From Bilabrum cf. latius (lineage: Eukaryota), in assembly GCA_965178125.1 (NCBI GenBank), contig OZ237771.1:558001-605204 (forward strand): a stretch of DNA of 47,204 nucleotides, in the 5' to 3' direction. The position numbers and the translations under genes are program-made. Below are positions 13,956 through 26,256 of the stretch, one piece after another. Position 1 is the first letter of the stretch. Each line of letters starts with the position of its first letter. The notes under the pieces are model-generated. The model was not told the DNA's origin. It saw only the letters and a list, made by a program, of their open reading frames with translations, and did no database searches.

Positions 13956-16097
13956 ATGCTAACTGGGCATCCAGAAGATCTTGGAAGCGTCCCAGAGCCC
14001 GAGACACCAAGACCAAGGGCTCCCATATCTAAATACCAAGGGCTCGACGCTTGCAAGCGATGCGCGAGGTTGGAAAGGCGCCTGAATCGTGCAAAGTAGA
14101 TGTTAGCGGCCCGTGATACTATCATTGAAGACACCCACGCGGAGATACGCCGAATTAAAGAGTCCAACAGTTAGACATAGGGTGTGATTGCAGCGGCTCA
14201 GGCTTACACGAGCAAGATTCAGAGGGACGCTGCCTCCTCCGGTAGAGCCCCTTCGGCCGCGCAGATGCGAGGTCTGCTGGCCCATGTTCGCGCCCTCGCC
14301 GAGGAGGCGGGCAAGCAGCACACCCTGCGCATAGTTGCAGAGCGACGGGCCCACCGTGAGGGCATGCGGGCGGCTCGTGCAGAGCGAGTGGTGCAGGAGG
14401 AGCGCGGGGGGCTGCGAGAGGCGAGGCAGGCGCTGGCCAGGCAGGAGGGGAGGACAGCCGAGGCCAAGAGTCGCATGGAGCGGGCGGTGAGGAGAGCCCA
14501 CGGGCTCGCGTGCGTGGTGGCATCGCAGGAGACCGTGATCGCTGGCCTGCAGCGCCTCTCGCGGCGAGACAGGGCCCAGCCTGCCGGGCATAGGCCTAGA
14601 ACCGCCCAGGATTCGGAGCATAGAGACCGTATGCCGCCTGCTAGCCGCCGCTCCACCCAGCCTTAGTTGGCTCTTACCTCCGTATTGTCTAAAATCACGC
14701 CGCTGCAGTACAGCCAACAGGGACCTTTGGCCTCGTGGGTGCACTCGGTGGAGCCCGCAGCGCAAGGTGCATCAATGTAGCAGTACAGCCAACAGGGACC
14801 TTTGGCCTCGTGGGTGCACTCGGTGGAGCCCGCAGCGCAAGGTGCATCAATGTAGCAGTACAGCCAACAGGGACCTTTGGCCTCGTGGGTGCACTCGGTG
14901 GAGCCCGCAGCGCAAGGTGCATCAATGTAGCAGTACAGCCAACAGGGACCTTTGGCCTCGTGGGTGCACTCGGTGGAGCCCGCAGCGCAAGGTGCACTGG
15001 ATGGTGCAGCTGTCCACAATCAGTCTAACGGGAAACAGGCAGCCCGCCCCCAATGGTCAGCACAGTTAAGACTGTGTGTCTCGACCAGGGAAGCTCGCCG
15101 CCGGCTGTGCAGCGAATGGCGAGGCAATCTTGGAGCATAGAGCCGGATAGCTCAAGCCGGTAGATCCTACACAGCTGCATCTTCGAAGGAGGCAACCTCA
15201 CCCCAATCATAGGAAGCATAGGCTGCTATGGATGATACCAAGTCTGATGGATCCATGGTACCGTTTCCTCGCCTAGATTGGTAGTGTCAGCTAGAGGTGT
15301 CCGCAGCGACTTTGGGCCAGTCAAGCCATCGAGCACCGAAGCCTCAACCGCTAGTTCATGCCGGCGTGCTGGCACTGCATTGCGTTGACCCAGTTTCTCG
15401 CGATGGTGCTGTGGGAGATGACTCACGGGTTGCTGCTGGCTCTGAGCTCGAGCAAAGCGCGGAGCAGCAGAAGGAGGACCAGAAGCATGCCGATGCTTTG
15501 GAAGCATAGCAAGCTGACTTGGACGCAGAGGCCCAGCAGCAGCAAGAGCAAGAGCAAGAGCAAGAGTACCTGAAGAGCGCGCTATTCTCCAGCTAGGCCC
15601 GTGTCGATTCCCTCGAGGCCCAGATGCAGAAGGACGCACAAGAATTCGCTGCCCGGCTGTCTGCTCTGGAGCTGGAGCTGTTGGAGTTGAGGCACGGTAA
15701 GGAGGAAGAAAAGGACGAGGACGATGACGAGGAAGATGATGAGTCAGATGAAGAGAATAGACGGGATGATGACGGCGAGGACAACCAATAGTCAGGCAGA
15801 AATGATGGTTATGGGGGCGGTAGGGTGACTAGTGGGACCGACGGGGAGGGGCAGGGGGAAGGCCGTGGCAAGGACCAGGATGGCGATGCCGATGGCACCG
15901 ACGGGGAGGGGCAGGGGGAAGGCCGTGGCAAGGACCAGGATGGCGATGCCGATGGGACCGACGCGGAGGGGCAGGGGGAAGGCCGTGGCAAGGACCAGGA
16001 TGGCGATGCCGATGGGACCGACGGGGAGGGGCAGGGGGAAGGCCGTGGCAAGAACCCGGATGGCGGTAGCGCGAAAATTACGCATGGAAGTGCTTGA
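13956..16097 (+). CDS. Hypothetical coiled-coil/acidic protein (~713 aa) with internal 25-aa and 20-aa repeats
   Basis: One frame, open from ATG 13956 to TGA 16095 if 14 TAGs are read through (14097, 14172, 14178, 14664, 14778, 14853, 14928, 15138, 15210, 15219, 15282, 15507, 15594, 15789). The true start is uncertain. Confidence 0.68.
14705..14996 (+). repeat. 75-bp tandem repeat, ~4 identical copies (coding QYSQQGPLASWVHSVEPAAQGASM*)
   Basis: Unit gcagtacagccaacagggacctttggcctcgtgggtgcactcggtggagcccgcagcgcaaggtgcatcaatgta repeated directly. Confidence 0.95.
15834..16066 (+). repeat. 60-bp tandem repeat, ~3.8 copies (coding GTDGEGQGEGRGKDQDGDAD)
   Basis: 60-nt periodicity visible line to line from 15841 to 16060. 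Confidence 0.95.
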
Positions 16098-16343
16098 ATA
16101 GCACCCCAAGATGTGTTATTCAGACACCGTGCTCATGATACTATACTACTGATAATGTACTTTTGACCGTTGTTTCAAGCTTAAGCTTCGACAAGAAATG
16201 GGCTACCCAAGGCCACCGCAATGACTTGAGCTTGGGGTTGTTGCAAGCTTACCAAGTCCAGGAAGCTTATATATGTCGGCTCATCCATGATTCCCTAGAT
16301 GTCTGATTTTGTATTTTGTAACAGGTGCTGGCAAGGCTGGCAG

Positions 16344-19300
16344 TTACCAGGACGGCCCCGCGGACCGCCAGCTGCCTGAACCAAGACCAGCAGCACTCGG
16401 CGGCACGCCGCCAACGCTGCTACCCTTGCCATCCCCGCCTCCGCGCCTGTTCTCCTCTCCCATGATATCTACCAGCCCACCACTTCGCTGGCTATTGCCA
16501 TCACTGCCCGTGCCGCTTTCTCCTGCCCCAAATAGCCTCATGCCGCCCGATCCAGAACCGACAAACCCACCTCCTGCCCCGAACAGCCTGCTCCTCGGAG
16601 GCGGCCCCAGGTCTCCCCCGTCCCTCTCCCCCGTCAGTAGCGCGCTCAGAGCCACACCCCAATCAGTATTGCCTCCGCCACAGCACAGAGCAGCACGCCC
16701 CACCCCATGCGCCGCCTCCACCACGGGCCCCGCCTGCTAACCAGCGGCCCGCCCCATGGCCACTGGGAGCACAGCAGCCCCCGCCGCTCGCTGGGCCAAA
16801 TGCCACACGGGGCACGGAGCCCCAGCGGCGCTCTCTTCCCCCCCGCCACTTACATTCACACGCCCCGTGCACCTTCCGCCTTGCCCTGCGCTGTTCCCGT
16901 CCCCCACAGCCGCGAAAGCACCCAATAGCGAGCCACGAGACCGGGGTGGCATTGGCAGGCCCCCCTCCCCTGCCCCCGCCCCTGTCCTTGCCGATGCCCT
17001 TGTCTCCTCCCCACTGCCCTCCCTGGGCGGCAGGCAGCACCATATCCACGTCGCCTGGCAAAGCATCGCGGCGGAGGGCCGTTCCAGCCGCATGCTGCCT
17101 AGCCCCGGCCTAGTCCCCTCCCCCTCCCCCTCCCCGCCTCTTCCATGCGCCCTGGAAGCGAGCCGGGCCGATGCCACCCCGGCAATGCCACCCACCACGG
17201 CAGCAGAGATCATGCCAGCCGCGCCTGCCACCCGCTCCACCCCAGCCACGGGCCCGCCGCCCGTCCCCTCGGAAGCACGCACGCGACCCTGCGCCTCACC
17301 CATGTGACGCAGCGCGCCTGCCGCCTTGTGTAGGGCCTGCGCGCCGACCTGCTCCCCTCCCAGCACAAGCACAGACACCAGGCCGCACACCGCTGGGAGC
17401 AGCAGACACACTCGCCCGCCTCCCTCCGCCAGCCCAGCACGGGCACAGGCCCAGGGACTTTCCCGCTCCCCCGCCCCTACTGACCGCCGCATAGCTGCCC
17501 CGAGGGACGCCGACCCACCCGCCACTGGACTGGCCTCGCCAAGCGCGGCCGCCGCCCGCACCATTTCGATACACTGAGCCCAGGCGGCCCCCTCTCGTGG
17601 TAGCACTGCTGCATCCAGGGGCAACACGAGCGCGGCTGGACACGCGATGCACACGGCGTTCAACAGCCGACACGTGGCAGTGACAAGCTCGTGCCGGCAC
17701 AGCGCAGCTTCCCCACGCAGGCCCCTCTCGCCCGCCTGCATCGCGCCAGGCACGTCGGATGTCTCGCCGCGAGCCGCGCGTGCCACCGCCCGCAGCACCC
17801 CAGTCCCGTGCTCTGCCCACCGCAGCAGGAGCGGCACCAGCACCCGGTCCAGCGCCCCCGCGACCTGCCTCACGGGCATGGCCCCCTCCTGCCCCTTGTT
17901 CCCTGCAGCCCCCTCCACCACGCCCTCGAGCGCCCCGATGGCCTCCCGCAAGAGAGTGGAGGAGTGGCGAGAGGCGAACGAGGTGGCAGGGGGGGGACCT
18001 CCGGCACCAGACCCGCGGGCCCTCCCCCCCACAGGGACTCCCAGCGAGTCCTCCGCCGCTGAGACCAGCGCCCTGAGCACTGGCTCCAGCATGGGCCCGA
18101 TGGACCCGCGGGCCGACATGACGCCAAGTCGAGCCAGCTGTAGGGCCGCGGCTCGCACGCTGCCCACGGGATCAGGAGCTGCAGCACCCTCGGCCCCTGC
18201 GTCCCTGCCCCAGCTGCCGGCTGCCCCCGCGCACGTGGGCCAGACCGCCTGCAGTAGCACACCCGCGAGCGGATCCATGCCGAACGCAGACGGCAGGCTC
18301 TCCTTGGCGCCCGTCTCCAGCCCGCCCAGCACTGCCAGCCTGCGCCAGGCCCCGTCCTCTGCTCTGTGGCACGGTGCCTTGACCCCTGCAAGGCACGCCG
18401 CTAGCACGATCAAGCCAGCCTCCACCCGGGCTCGGGCCCAGGGGCACGGCTGCAGAGTCCGCGCCCCTCCGCCCGCGGATCCGGGGCTAGAGGCCTCCCT
18501 TGTGGCGCGTGCGATGAGTCGCAGCACGGGTTTGACCACCGCCTGCAGTCTACCAGTCAGCTTGACCCTCGCAGCTGGCCTGCCCCCGTCCTCGAGGCAA
18601 TGTGCAAGAGAGGCTGCGGCGCATGCAGCAGATGCCACGCGCGCCACCGAGTCGGCCTACAGACAGAGCAGCATCTCTCCTGCGCACAGATGAGCCTGCC
18701 CCAGGCCCTCCAGCCTCACTGTGGCACGCACTGACTCCAGAGAGACACCCGTGGAGGCTGGTTTGCCCGCCTCCTCGCCCCGGTCGCACAGCAGGAGCGC
18801 CAACAGGCCCGCCAGCCGCTCGGCAAGTCGTCCGCACGCAGCCCCGACCGCCCTCACCCCGGTGGCAGAGGGACCTGCCCCTCGCCCTCGCAGTCGCCCC
18901 ATCGCGCCTCTCGCCAGGCTCACGGCAATGCCCTCCATGCATGTCTGCAGCGCCCCCGCAGCCTGCTCCAGGTGCCGCACGGGGGCCCGCTGCACCCCTC
19001 CCCACGCCGACGAGGTGCACGCCCTGTTCACCAGTGCCCATGGGTTCAGCTGGCGGTAGCCCTTGCACCACTGCGAGCCCGTCACGTCCCTCCCCAGCAT
19101 CCCGGGGACCGTCCTGGTCCTCGCCGAGCCACCGCGCCCTCCCGCCAGCATGCCCACGTCCACAAAGCCCGAGGCCTCCTCCCGCGCCGCGGCTCCCCTG
19201 CGTCCCAGCAGCCCGCACATGCCGCTCATGGCCAGCACGGAGAGGGCAGAGGCGGCCGAGGGGCTCCCGCTGCACCCAGGGAGCTGGCCAAGCACCTGTC

Positions 19301-22300
19301 GCAAGAGCCCTGGCTTGATGCCGCTGCCCTAGTCGGCAACTGCCATCCCCAGCCCAGAGATGGATTGCTGCGCGCCTTGGACCAGGTACAGCCCGGCGGT
19401 GCACGCAGCAGCACATACCCCATCCGCGAGCAAGCCGAGCCCCCTGCCCGCCAGCACAGATGCAGGTGCTCCCGCCTAGGGTGCCGGTGCCACCCCCGGA
19501 GAGGGTGCATCGACGGCCGCCATCGCGGCCCCTCTCCTGGCCAGCAGGGGGGCGGCCTCAGCCACTAGGGAGCACGTCTCTTTGGCCAGGAAGGAGCCAA
19601 GACGAGCGGCCTGGTCCTGGGAGCCCGCGCATCGCAGGGCAGAGGGCAGCACGGCCCCGCCCGCGTTGGCGGGGCCCAGGCCGAGGAGGGCCTGGCTCGC
19701 CCGGTGGCACCTGCTGGCCATTTCGAGGCAAGCCACCCAGGCCCGAGTGCCCTCGCGCTCATCGAAGGGGCCCTTGGAACCGCCGGCAGCTGATTTGCCA
19801 TCGCCGCTGCTCGCCGTGGGTGCCTCTCGCTGCAGGCCGGGCCGATCCATCAGAGCAGATGCACTCACGAAACCGCCGCCCCCGAAGCCGCCAGGAGTCG
19901 GTCGAGCCACGATGCCGCCAGGGCACCGCCCTGCCCCACCCGCCTGGGCCCCCGCCCCCGCCCCCGCCCCCGCCGCCCACCACCTGGCAGCACTGCCCCC
20001 CTCCAGCGCCCGATCCGCGCCCACTCCCGGCCCTATCCCCGCGCCCGCCTCACCGTCCGAGTCGCTGTCAAAGCCCCCTCCCACCCCGTCCTCGTCCTCC
20101 CCGTCCTCCGCACACTCGTATTCCTGAAAGACCCACTGGGAGGCAGCACGCTGCGCCATCGCGACCAGCCAGGCGCACCGACTCACTGCCACAGCCCCCG
20201 CAGATCGCACCGCGGCCAGTTGACCGGGCGCCACCGCCCCGTGCGCCCCGCTCGCCCGCCTCCTGGCCGCCTCCGCCGCGACTCCCAGCACCCGGTCCGC
20301 CTCCCTGGCCGCTGCCTGCAGCTCCTCCGCCAGACCCAGCGAGGCTCGCAACGGACCCGGCCAGGAGCTCACGAGCGGCTGCAGCACATCCAGCGCCAAC
20401 CGTACGCTGTTCGAGTCAAGTGCAGCCGACTGCACCCCTGCGTCCACCGACAGCCCGCCCCCCGCCCCCATGCCGGCCCCCGCGCCAGACCCAGACCCAG
20501 ACCCGCCGCTGGTCCCACTGTCCTCGCTCCTTCCGTCGGCGTCCTCGCCCACGGCCCACTCAAGCGCGTCACCGCCCACCAGTCCAGCACCCGCGTCCAG
20601 TCCCAGGGCCCCCGCCACCGCCGCCTGTCCCTTGGAGGCAGGGGTGGCGGCTGCAGCAGCAGCAGGACCCCGGAGCTGCTGCTGCTGCTGCTGCGGGTGC
20701 TGCTGCTGCCACCCGGCGCCCTGTGCAGTGGCCCAGGGACCAGAGCCGCCCTGTCTGCCCGCGTCACTTTTGACGCCCCCGGTCTCCTCGTCCCCCACCT
20801 CCCCGTCATCATCGTCCTCGGAATCCAGCCCCGATGCATCCGACTGCCACCCGCCCGCCTCTAGCGACCGCAAGGCGGCCGCAGGGGATGCAGAGGGATC
20901 TCGCTCGCCGTCCACCGGCCCGGTCTCTTGTGCGGCGCGCAGGAGCTGCCTCACCCCGTCCGCGCGAGCCCACCCGTGCTGCCGCCCCAGCCAGGCCCCC
21001 CCCGGCCCCCTCCTCGAGTTGGGGTGCAGCCGGGAGGCCTCGTGTCTGGCTAGCAAGCGGGCGATGGACCGCAGCAGCTGGCGGTCAACCCCAACTCGCA
21101 GCATGCGCTGCTTGAGCGCATCGGGTGCGCGGTGCAGGCACTGCAGCGACTCGTGCCATGCCTGCAGGCAGCGCATGCTGACGCCCGACCTGGGGTGCGA
21201 GATGGCCCGTCCCAGCCATTGCAGCAGCACGGCCCCGGTCTCGTTCGCAGCCGCCTCCTGAGCGCGCTGCCCCTTGCGCTGTGCCTCAGCGGGGGAGCAC
21301 CCCTCTGCCACCAGCAGCGCTGTCTCCGCCTTGCGCACTCCCACTGCGCTCAGCAGAGTGTCTTGGTGGTAGACTGCCAGGGCGGACACAACCTGCACCA
21401 CGCACCGGCACCGCACCGCTCCCTGCTCAGCTGCATCAATAGACCCGATGGTAGCCTCGCCTGCCGAGCACCATGCCTTCCAAGGCGCCTCCAGCTGCCG
21501 CAGCCCCATGGCCAGCGCCCGACTCGCCTGGCAGGATCGCCTCGCTGCCCGGGCCTGGCTCACCGCCGCTCGCTTGGCCTGCTCCCCGCGCCCCGGGGCT
21601 GCCAGCACCGTCTCCAGCGAGGGTCCCATCACTGGCTGCTGCTGGACGAGACACAGGGTGGCCTCTGTGGCGGCCTGGGCCACCGAGTCGCAGCGGGCGG
21701 CGAGGCAATTCAGCACCGCCTACAGCCGGGGCACGAGGGGCCCGGGCCCGCCACTGCCGCCGGTCTGGGCCAGAGCGCGAGCAGCCTCTTCCTCCTCTCT
21801 GTCCGCCGCCAGCAGATCCTCGGGCCGCAGTCGCAAGGCCCTGCCCTCGTGGTGCGCCGTCCACTCGGCCCAGGCGGACAGGCAGCCCAAGGCCTCCTCA
21901 CTGGCAGCGGCCGCGGGGCTGCCTCGCGCGCCACCGGACCCCCGCGCCGCCAACCGAGGCGCGTGCGAGGCCACAGCTGCGAGGCAGCCCCGCCTGAGCC
22001 ACGCCCCCGCCTGCTCCAGAGCCACCGCCCTCCTCGATCGGGCCGCCCCCGAGGCAGCCGCCTGCGCGCCCGCCTGGCTGCTCCTGTCGGCCTGCAGAGC
22101 CGCGCGCTGGGCGCTCTTGGCAAATGCCCGCGCCTGCAGCGTAACGTCCTGCGCCTCCTCGGGACAGTATCGCAGCACTCGCGCCGCTACTCTGGCAGTG
22201 CTTGGCCCGTGCTGCCCCGCCAGGCCGGTGCACATGGTCCTCAGGAAGCTCTGCGCGGCGTGCACCTCGGCGGGGAGCGAGCCCGCCCCGGGGGCCTCGG

Positions 22301-22960
22301 TAGGGGGGTTCCAAGCCAGAAGCTGCACCACCACGGAGGCTGCCAGCAAGCATGCGCGCTCCTCGGACTGATGGGACACGGGCACGGGGGCTGTCTGCGG
22401 CTGGCTGGCCTGCTGAGCTTGAGGGCCGGACGCGCCACGGAGCGCGTCTGCCGCTGCTGTTTGCCCGCAGTACTGAAGTGCCCTCGCGGCGGCCTGTGCT
22501 GCGGCTTGTCTAGCCGGCATGGGTGCATCCAGCCAAGTCGTGCGGACTAAACTTCGCAGGACCTGCGGCGACCAAGGGAAGGAATCAAGCCATGGGCACT
22601 TGCTTTGCAGCGGAGCATGCTGACTAGTATGCATTAAAACGAGCCTTATTTTGTCGTGACGCCCAGTCAATAATACCACTACATATTAAAATTATGCTGG
22701 GCCACACTGCGTTCCTTGGCTTGGCCAGGGCGAGCACTTACAGTGGCTGCGACAAAGAACGGCAAGCCATTGTCGACTTGTGGGCCGGCCTGCAGTGCCT
22801 GGCAGGATACCCTCCACGCTACTGGGCTATTTCCGAATGAATGTAAATAATCATGTGCGTTCTGCCATGCCTTGGATGACGGATCCCCAGAGACATGAAC
22901 ACACTAGATCGCGCTCCTGAACCTCCGAATGTGTTCGTCGACTCCTCCTCCCCCCTGCAT
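16344..22960 (-). CDS. Importin-beta/karyopherin-like HEAT-repeat protein (transportin-3/importin-13-like), ~2140 aa; intron 22563..22741
   Basis: Exon 1 (22960..22742) encodes AHDYLHSFGNSPVAW...FFVAAT, IBN_N-like; GTAAGT...CCGCAG intron. Five same-frame track ORFs join via TAG at 21720, 19476, 19329, 18657 and 16737; ends TAA. Confidence 0.65.
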
Positions 22961-23139
22961 CACGAGGATAGCTGATACTACTCAACTAAATAAAGCCTGT
23001 ATTGAGTGGGGCAAGTCAATAAGTGGAGCACAGGGCACGAGAAATGGGGTCATTTTTGAACTAAGTGGTTGCAACCACTGCAATCGCAGAGTGAAGAAGA
23101 AGACACAAATAAGCCGTTGCCCAAACAGCAAATATTGCG

Positions 23140-23655
23140 ATGTCCTCGAGCGGTGATCGAAATGTTATCGTCACTACTGATGGAACCGAATACGTGGAAC
23201 GGGAAGATGGGCAGAGGATACTCGGCTTGGGAGTAGGGACATTTATTTCAGTCGTGGTTATCATCGTTGCTTTTGCGTTGTCGGCAGTTGGGCGAGGAAC
23301 GAACATGAGGCTATTGATGAATACAGTTGGGATCACACTTGTAGGAATGACAATATTATTCCTATGGCTGGTACCCAGGGAGTCAGCCTTTGAGCCAGTC
23401 ATTGATACGGGCGCAGATGTGAGGCTCGCGTATAGCTGTTCGGGTGCTATGATAGTCTTTACCCAGCGTATCAACCCTACTTGTTCGACCTTTCGATTTC
23501 TTCTGTACCTGCAGAAACCTACGTAGACGTTCTATATTGGGCTCGTGTTCATAGTCTTGCTCATGTTCCTGTCGCTATTAGGTTCGCTTGCGGTATTGGC
23601 AGGCATGGCTTGCCTCACACCAAAGACAGCGGTGCCACTAGCATACGAGCTGTAA
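23140..23655 (+). CDS. TMEM218: TMEM218-like ciliary transition-zone membrane protein (3 TM); intron 23419..23514
   Basis: RILGLGVGTF...LWLVPRES...FYIG pattern matches TMEM218 (VLGVGAGVF...LLFPR...FFIG). The third TM helix lies after an in-frame TAG at 23524; ends TAA. Confidence 0.75.
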
Positions 23656-23772
23656 TCGTTGGATTGTATCAACCACATCAGTATCGTGGCGCTGAAAAGG
23701 TCGGGTCCACTGTATTGGTGGAGACCACAGCAACGAGTCCCACAGCGGTGGCGGGGCATGCCAGTGGCACGC

Positions 23773-24649
23773 TCAGAACTTTTCTTTCGATGGCCGCACA
23801 TCCAGTTCGTGGGTCCAGCAAGAAGGAGGCTGGTCATGCAGAGCCATGTAGGTGCTCGCGATGGCATCCGGCGCGATGAGCGTGGCCTTGTCTCGCCCCT
23901 CGTACCTGCCGGGCAGATCCACCTGCCCATCCACGATCAGGTGAGCCACGTGGATGCCCTCAGGCTGCAGACGCCTCGCCATGGACTAGGCAGTGGCTCG
24001 CAGTGCGAACTTGGGCGCTGCCAGCCCCAGGAACTTGGCCCCTCCGCGGAGAGAGGCCGTGGCCCCTGTGAAGAAGATGGAACCCTTGTGGGACGACGAA
24101 TCCAGCCCTGCAGCCTCTCCCCGAGCCAGCATCTCCTTGGCGGCGCGCTGGCCCACTGTGAATCCAGCGAGAGCCCCGACGTCGAAGGCGGTCCGCATGT
24201 CCGCTGGTGTGATGTCAAGGAGATCTTTCGGGATGTACGAGCTGCGAAGAACGGGGACATCCGACAGCGCGTATCAGAGTTGGACAAATTTTGTTGATTT
24301 GGCCGCTTAAGAGTTGCCCAAAGCTGTGGTACTGCGTGGCACCTTGCACTTACCCCGCATTATACAACACGAAGTCCAGCCTGGCTCCATCTTCCAGGAA
24401 GCGGTCAAAGATGCCATTCACAGCCGCGGGATCAGTAACATCGCACGACATTGCAACCAGATTTGCCTGCACGCCCGCGTCGGACTCGGTCACGAGCTTG
24501 TCGAGCTTTGCTTGCGTTCGCGCAATAATACCGACGCGAACCCCACGGCCCGCCAGCGCCCTCGCAGTTGCAATACCAATCCCCGGCCCAGCTCCGAATA
24601 CAAGAGCTAACTTTTTTGATACCTTTGCGCCTGCTGCAACCGCTGCCAT
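23773..24649 (-). CDS. Short-chain dehydrogenase/reductase; intron 24242..24353
   Basis: GAGPGIG, YNAG, FTGATASLRG, KFALRATA*SMARRLQPEGIHVAHLIVDG, WTHELDVRP; TAG at 23986; ends TGA. Confidence 0.92.
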
Positions 24650-24821
24650 GGTTTAAATATGAAGCAGTGCGCCGGAAACATGTCAAAATTGCGGCGTGAC
24701 GTCCCAACACTCGGAGCCACCGCCGGCGGCTTCCACCGCTGCCAGTGGCAGAAGCCTCGTGACTCAGAGCCTACAACCTGGCCTGGCCCGCGGCAGACCA
24801 GCGTTTAAATTGGACTATCAT

Positions 24822-26132
24822 TCAATCGCTTCGCAGTTCTCCCTCTGCGTCCCCAAGCTCACTCCATCGAATGCCCCCTTGCACACGCTCCACGACCCCG
24901 ACGCACTGCTCGCTGACTGTAAGCTCACCATCCCCGGGCAGCAGGCATGTGCAGCGCGGGTCTTTGCTTCGACTCAGCCGCAATAACACGGCTGCCCGCA
25001 CTCCTTCCCTGCGCCCAGCAGGCACACTCGCCCCGCCCCTATCCCATGCCGCCTGCAGCAGCCCGGCCACGGCCCTGTCCGCCCTCGACCCACGCGTGGC
25101 CTGCAGAGCTTCTGGACAGGCTCTGTCCCCGGGTGGCGCTTTCCCCATCGGTAGGAAGGTCACCAGCACCCTGCCACCCGCCCCTGCCCCCCTGCGCGCC
25201 CCCTCGTCCGCCCTGGCCAGCTAGTACAGCTCCTGCGCTGACGGCACACCTGCACGGCCCTGCGCCTGTCGAGGCACCAGTGCAACTAGCACAAAAGGGG
25301 CTCCCCCGCCTCCTCCGCCTCGACCGCCCCCCGATGGGGGCTGCAACAGCGCCGGCACCAACGGGGCCACGCTCGGGGCATGCCTGCGCACGAGGTCGGA
25401 CAGATCGCGAGGCACCCACGTCGCCTGCGAGAAGGGAGTCGGAGCTGAGCCTGCTTCTACCGAAGACTTCTACCTCGCGTCACCGCTGCTATTGCGCCCA
25501 CTGCCGCCGCTATTTTCGCGCGAGGATTTAGTAGCTTTCGCGGTGCCAGACCTCGTCGGATCCGCCTCTGCAGATCGCCTGTTGGCTTGTGGGGGCGGAC
25601 CGTCTGCGTCCTTCTGCTACAATGCTAACAATACTGCAAGCAATCCACCGAGTAATATGGCTAGCATTGTTGGGCTCTGCATCACTTGCTGCAGGAAAAG
25701 CTCAAAATACCCCATTTGGGGGCCTCGCTCCGAACGATAATAGCCACTCCCGCTACCCCACGAACCCCGTTGGTGGTGAACGTGCCGCAGCTAGTCATAC
25801 TCTCTTCGCTTTACTGGGTCGCTGAGCACCTCGTGCGCCTCCCTGAGCTTTATGAATGTCTCTTCATCGCCGCCTTTGTCTGGATGCAAATCCCTAGCTA
25901 ACTTCCTGAAAGCTCTCTTGATTTCTGGTTCGGAAGCTTCCTTATTTATACCTAGTACTGCATAGTGGTCCTGAGATACGTCGGGCGGGGGACTGGTAGC
26001 CTGCCGGTAGCTGCGTTGCCTGTGCTGGCGCTGGTGTCCAGTGTAGAAGAAGCGCTGGCGCTGTGCCTCGCAGGTTGATAAAACAACGCACCAAATAAGG
26101 AGAGCAGATGCAGCAAAGGGTACTAGTTTCAT
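24822..26132 (-). CDS. DnaJ-domain protein with signal peptide and TM helix (~436 aa)
   Basis: DHYAVLG...HPDKGG...[15 protein letters not shown]; continues in frame through TAGs at 25791, 25617, 25470 and 25221 into track ORFs 25221..25415 and 24822..25169; ends TGA. Confidence 0.85.
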
Positions 26133-26256
26133 TGCAAGTACTGCTTTGTTTGCAGTCGGGCATTGTGAGGCTCCGAATCCTTTTCAAAAATAGGCCTAGA
26201 TGTTTTCCGCCAGTGGTAGTGCTATGCAGGTAACCAGCTCAAAAGAAGCACTTGCA

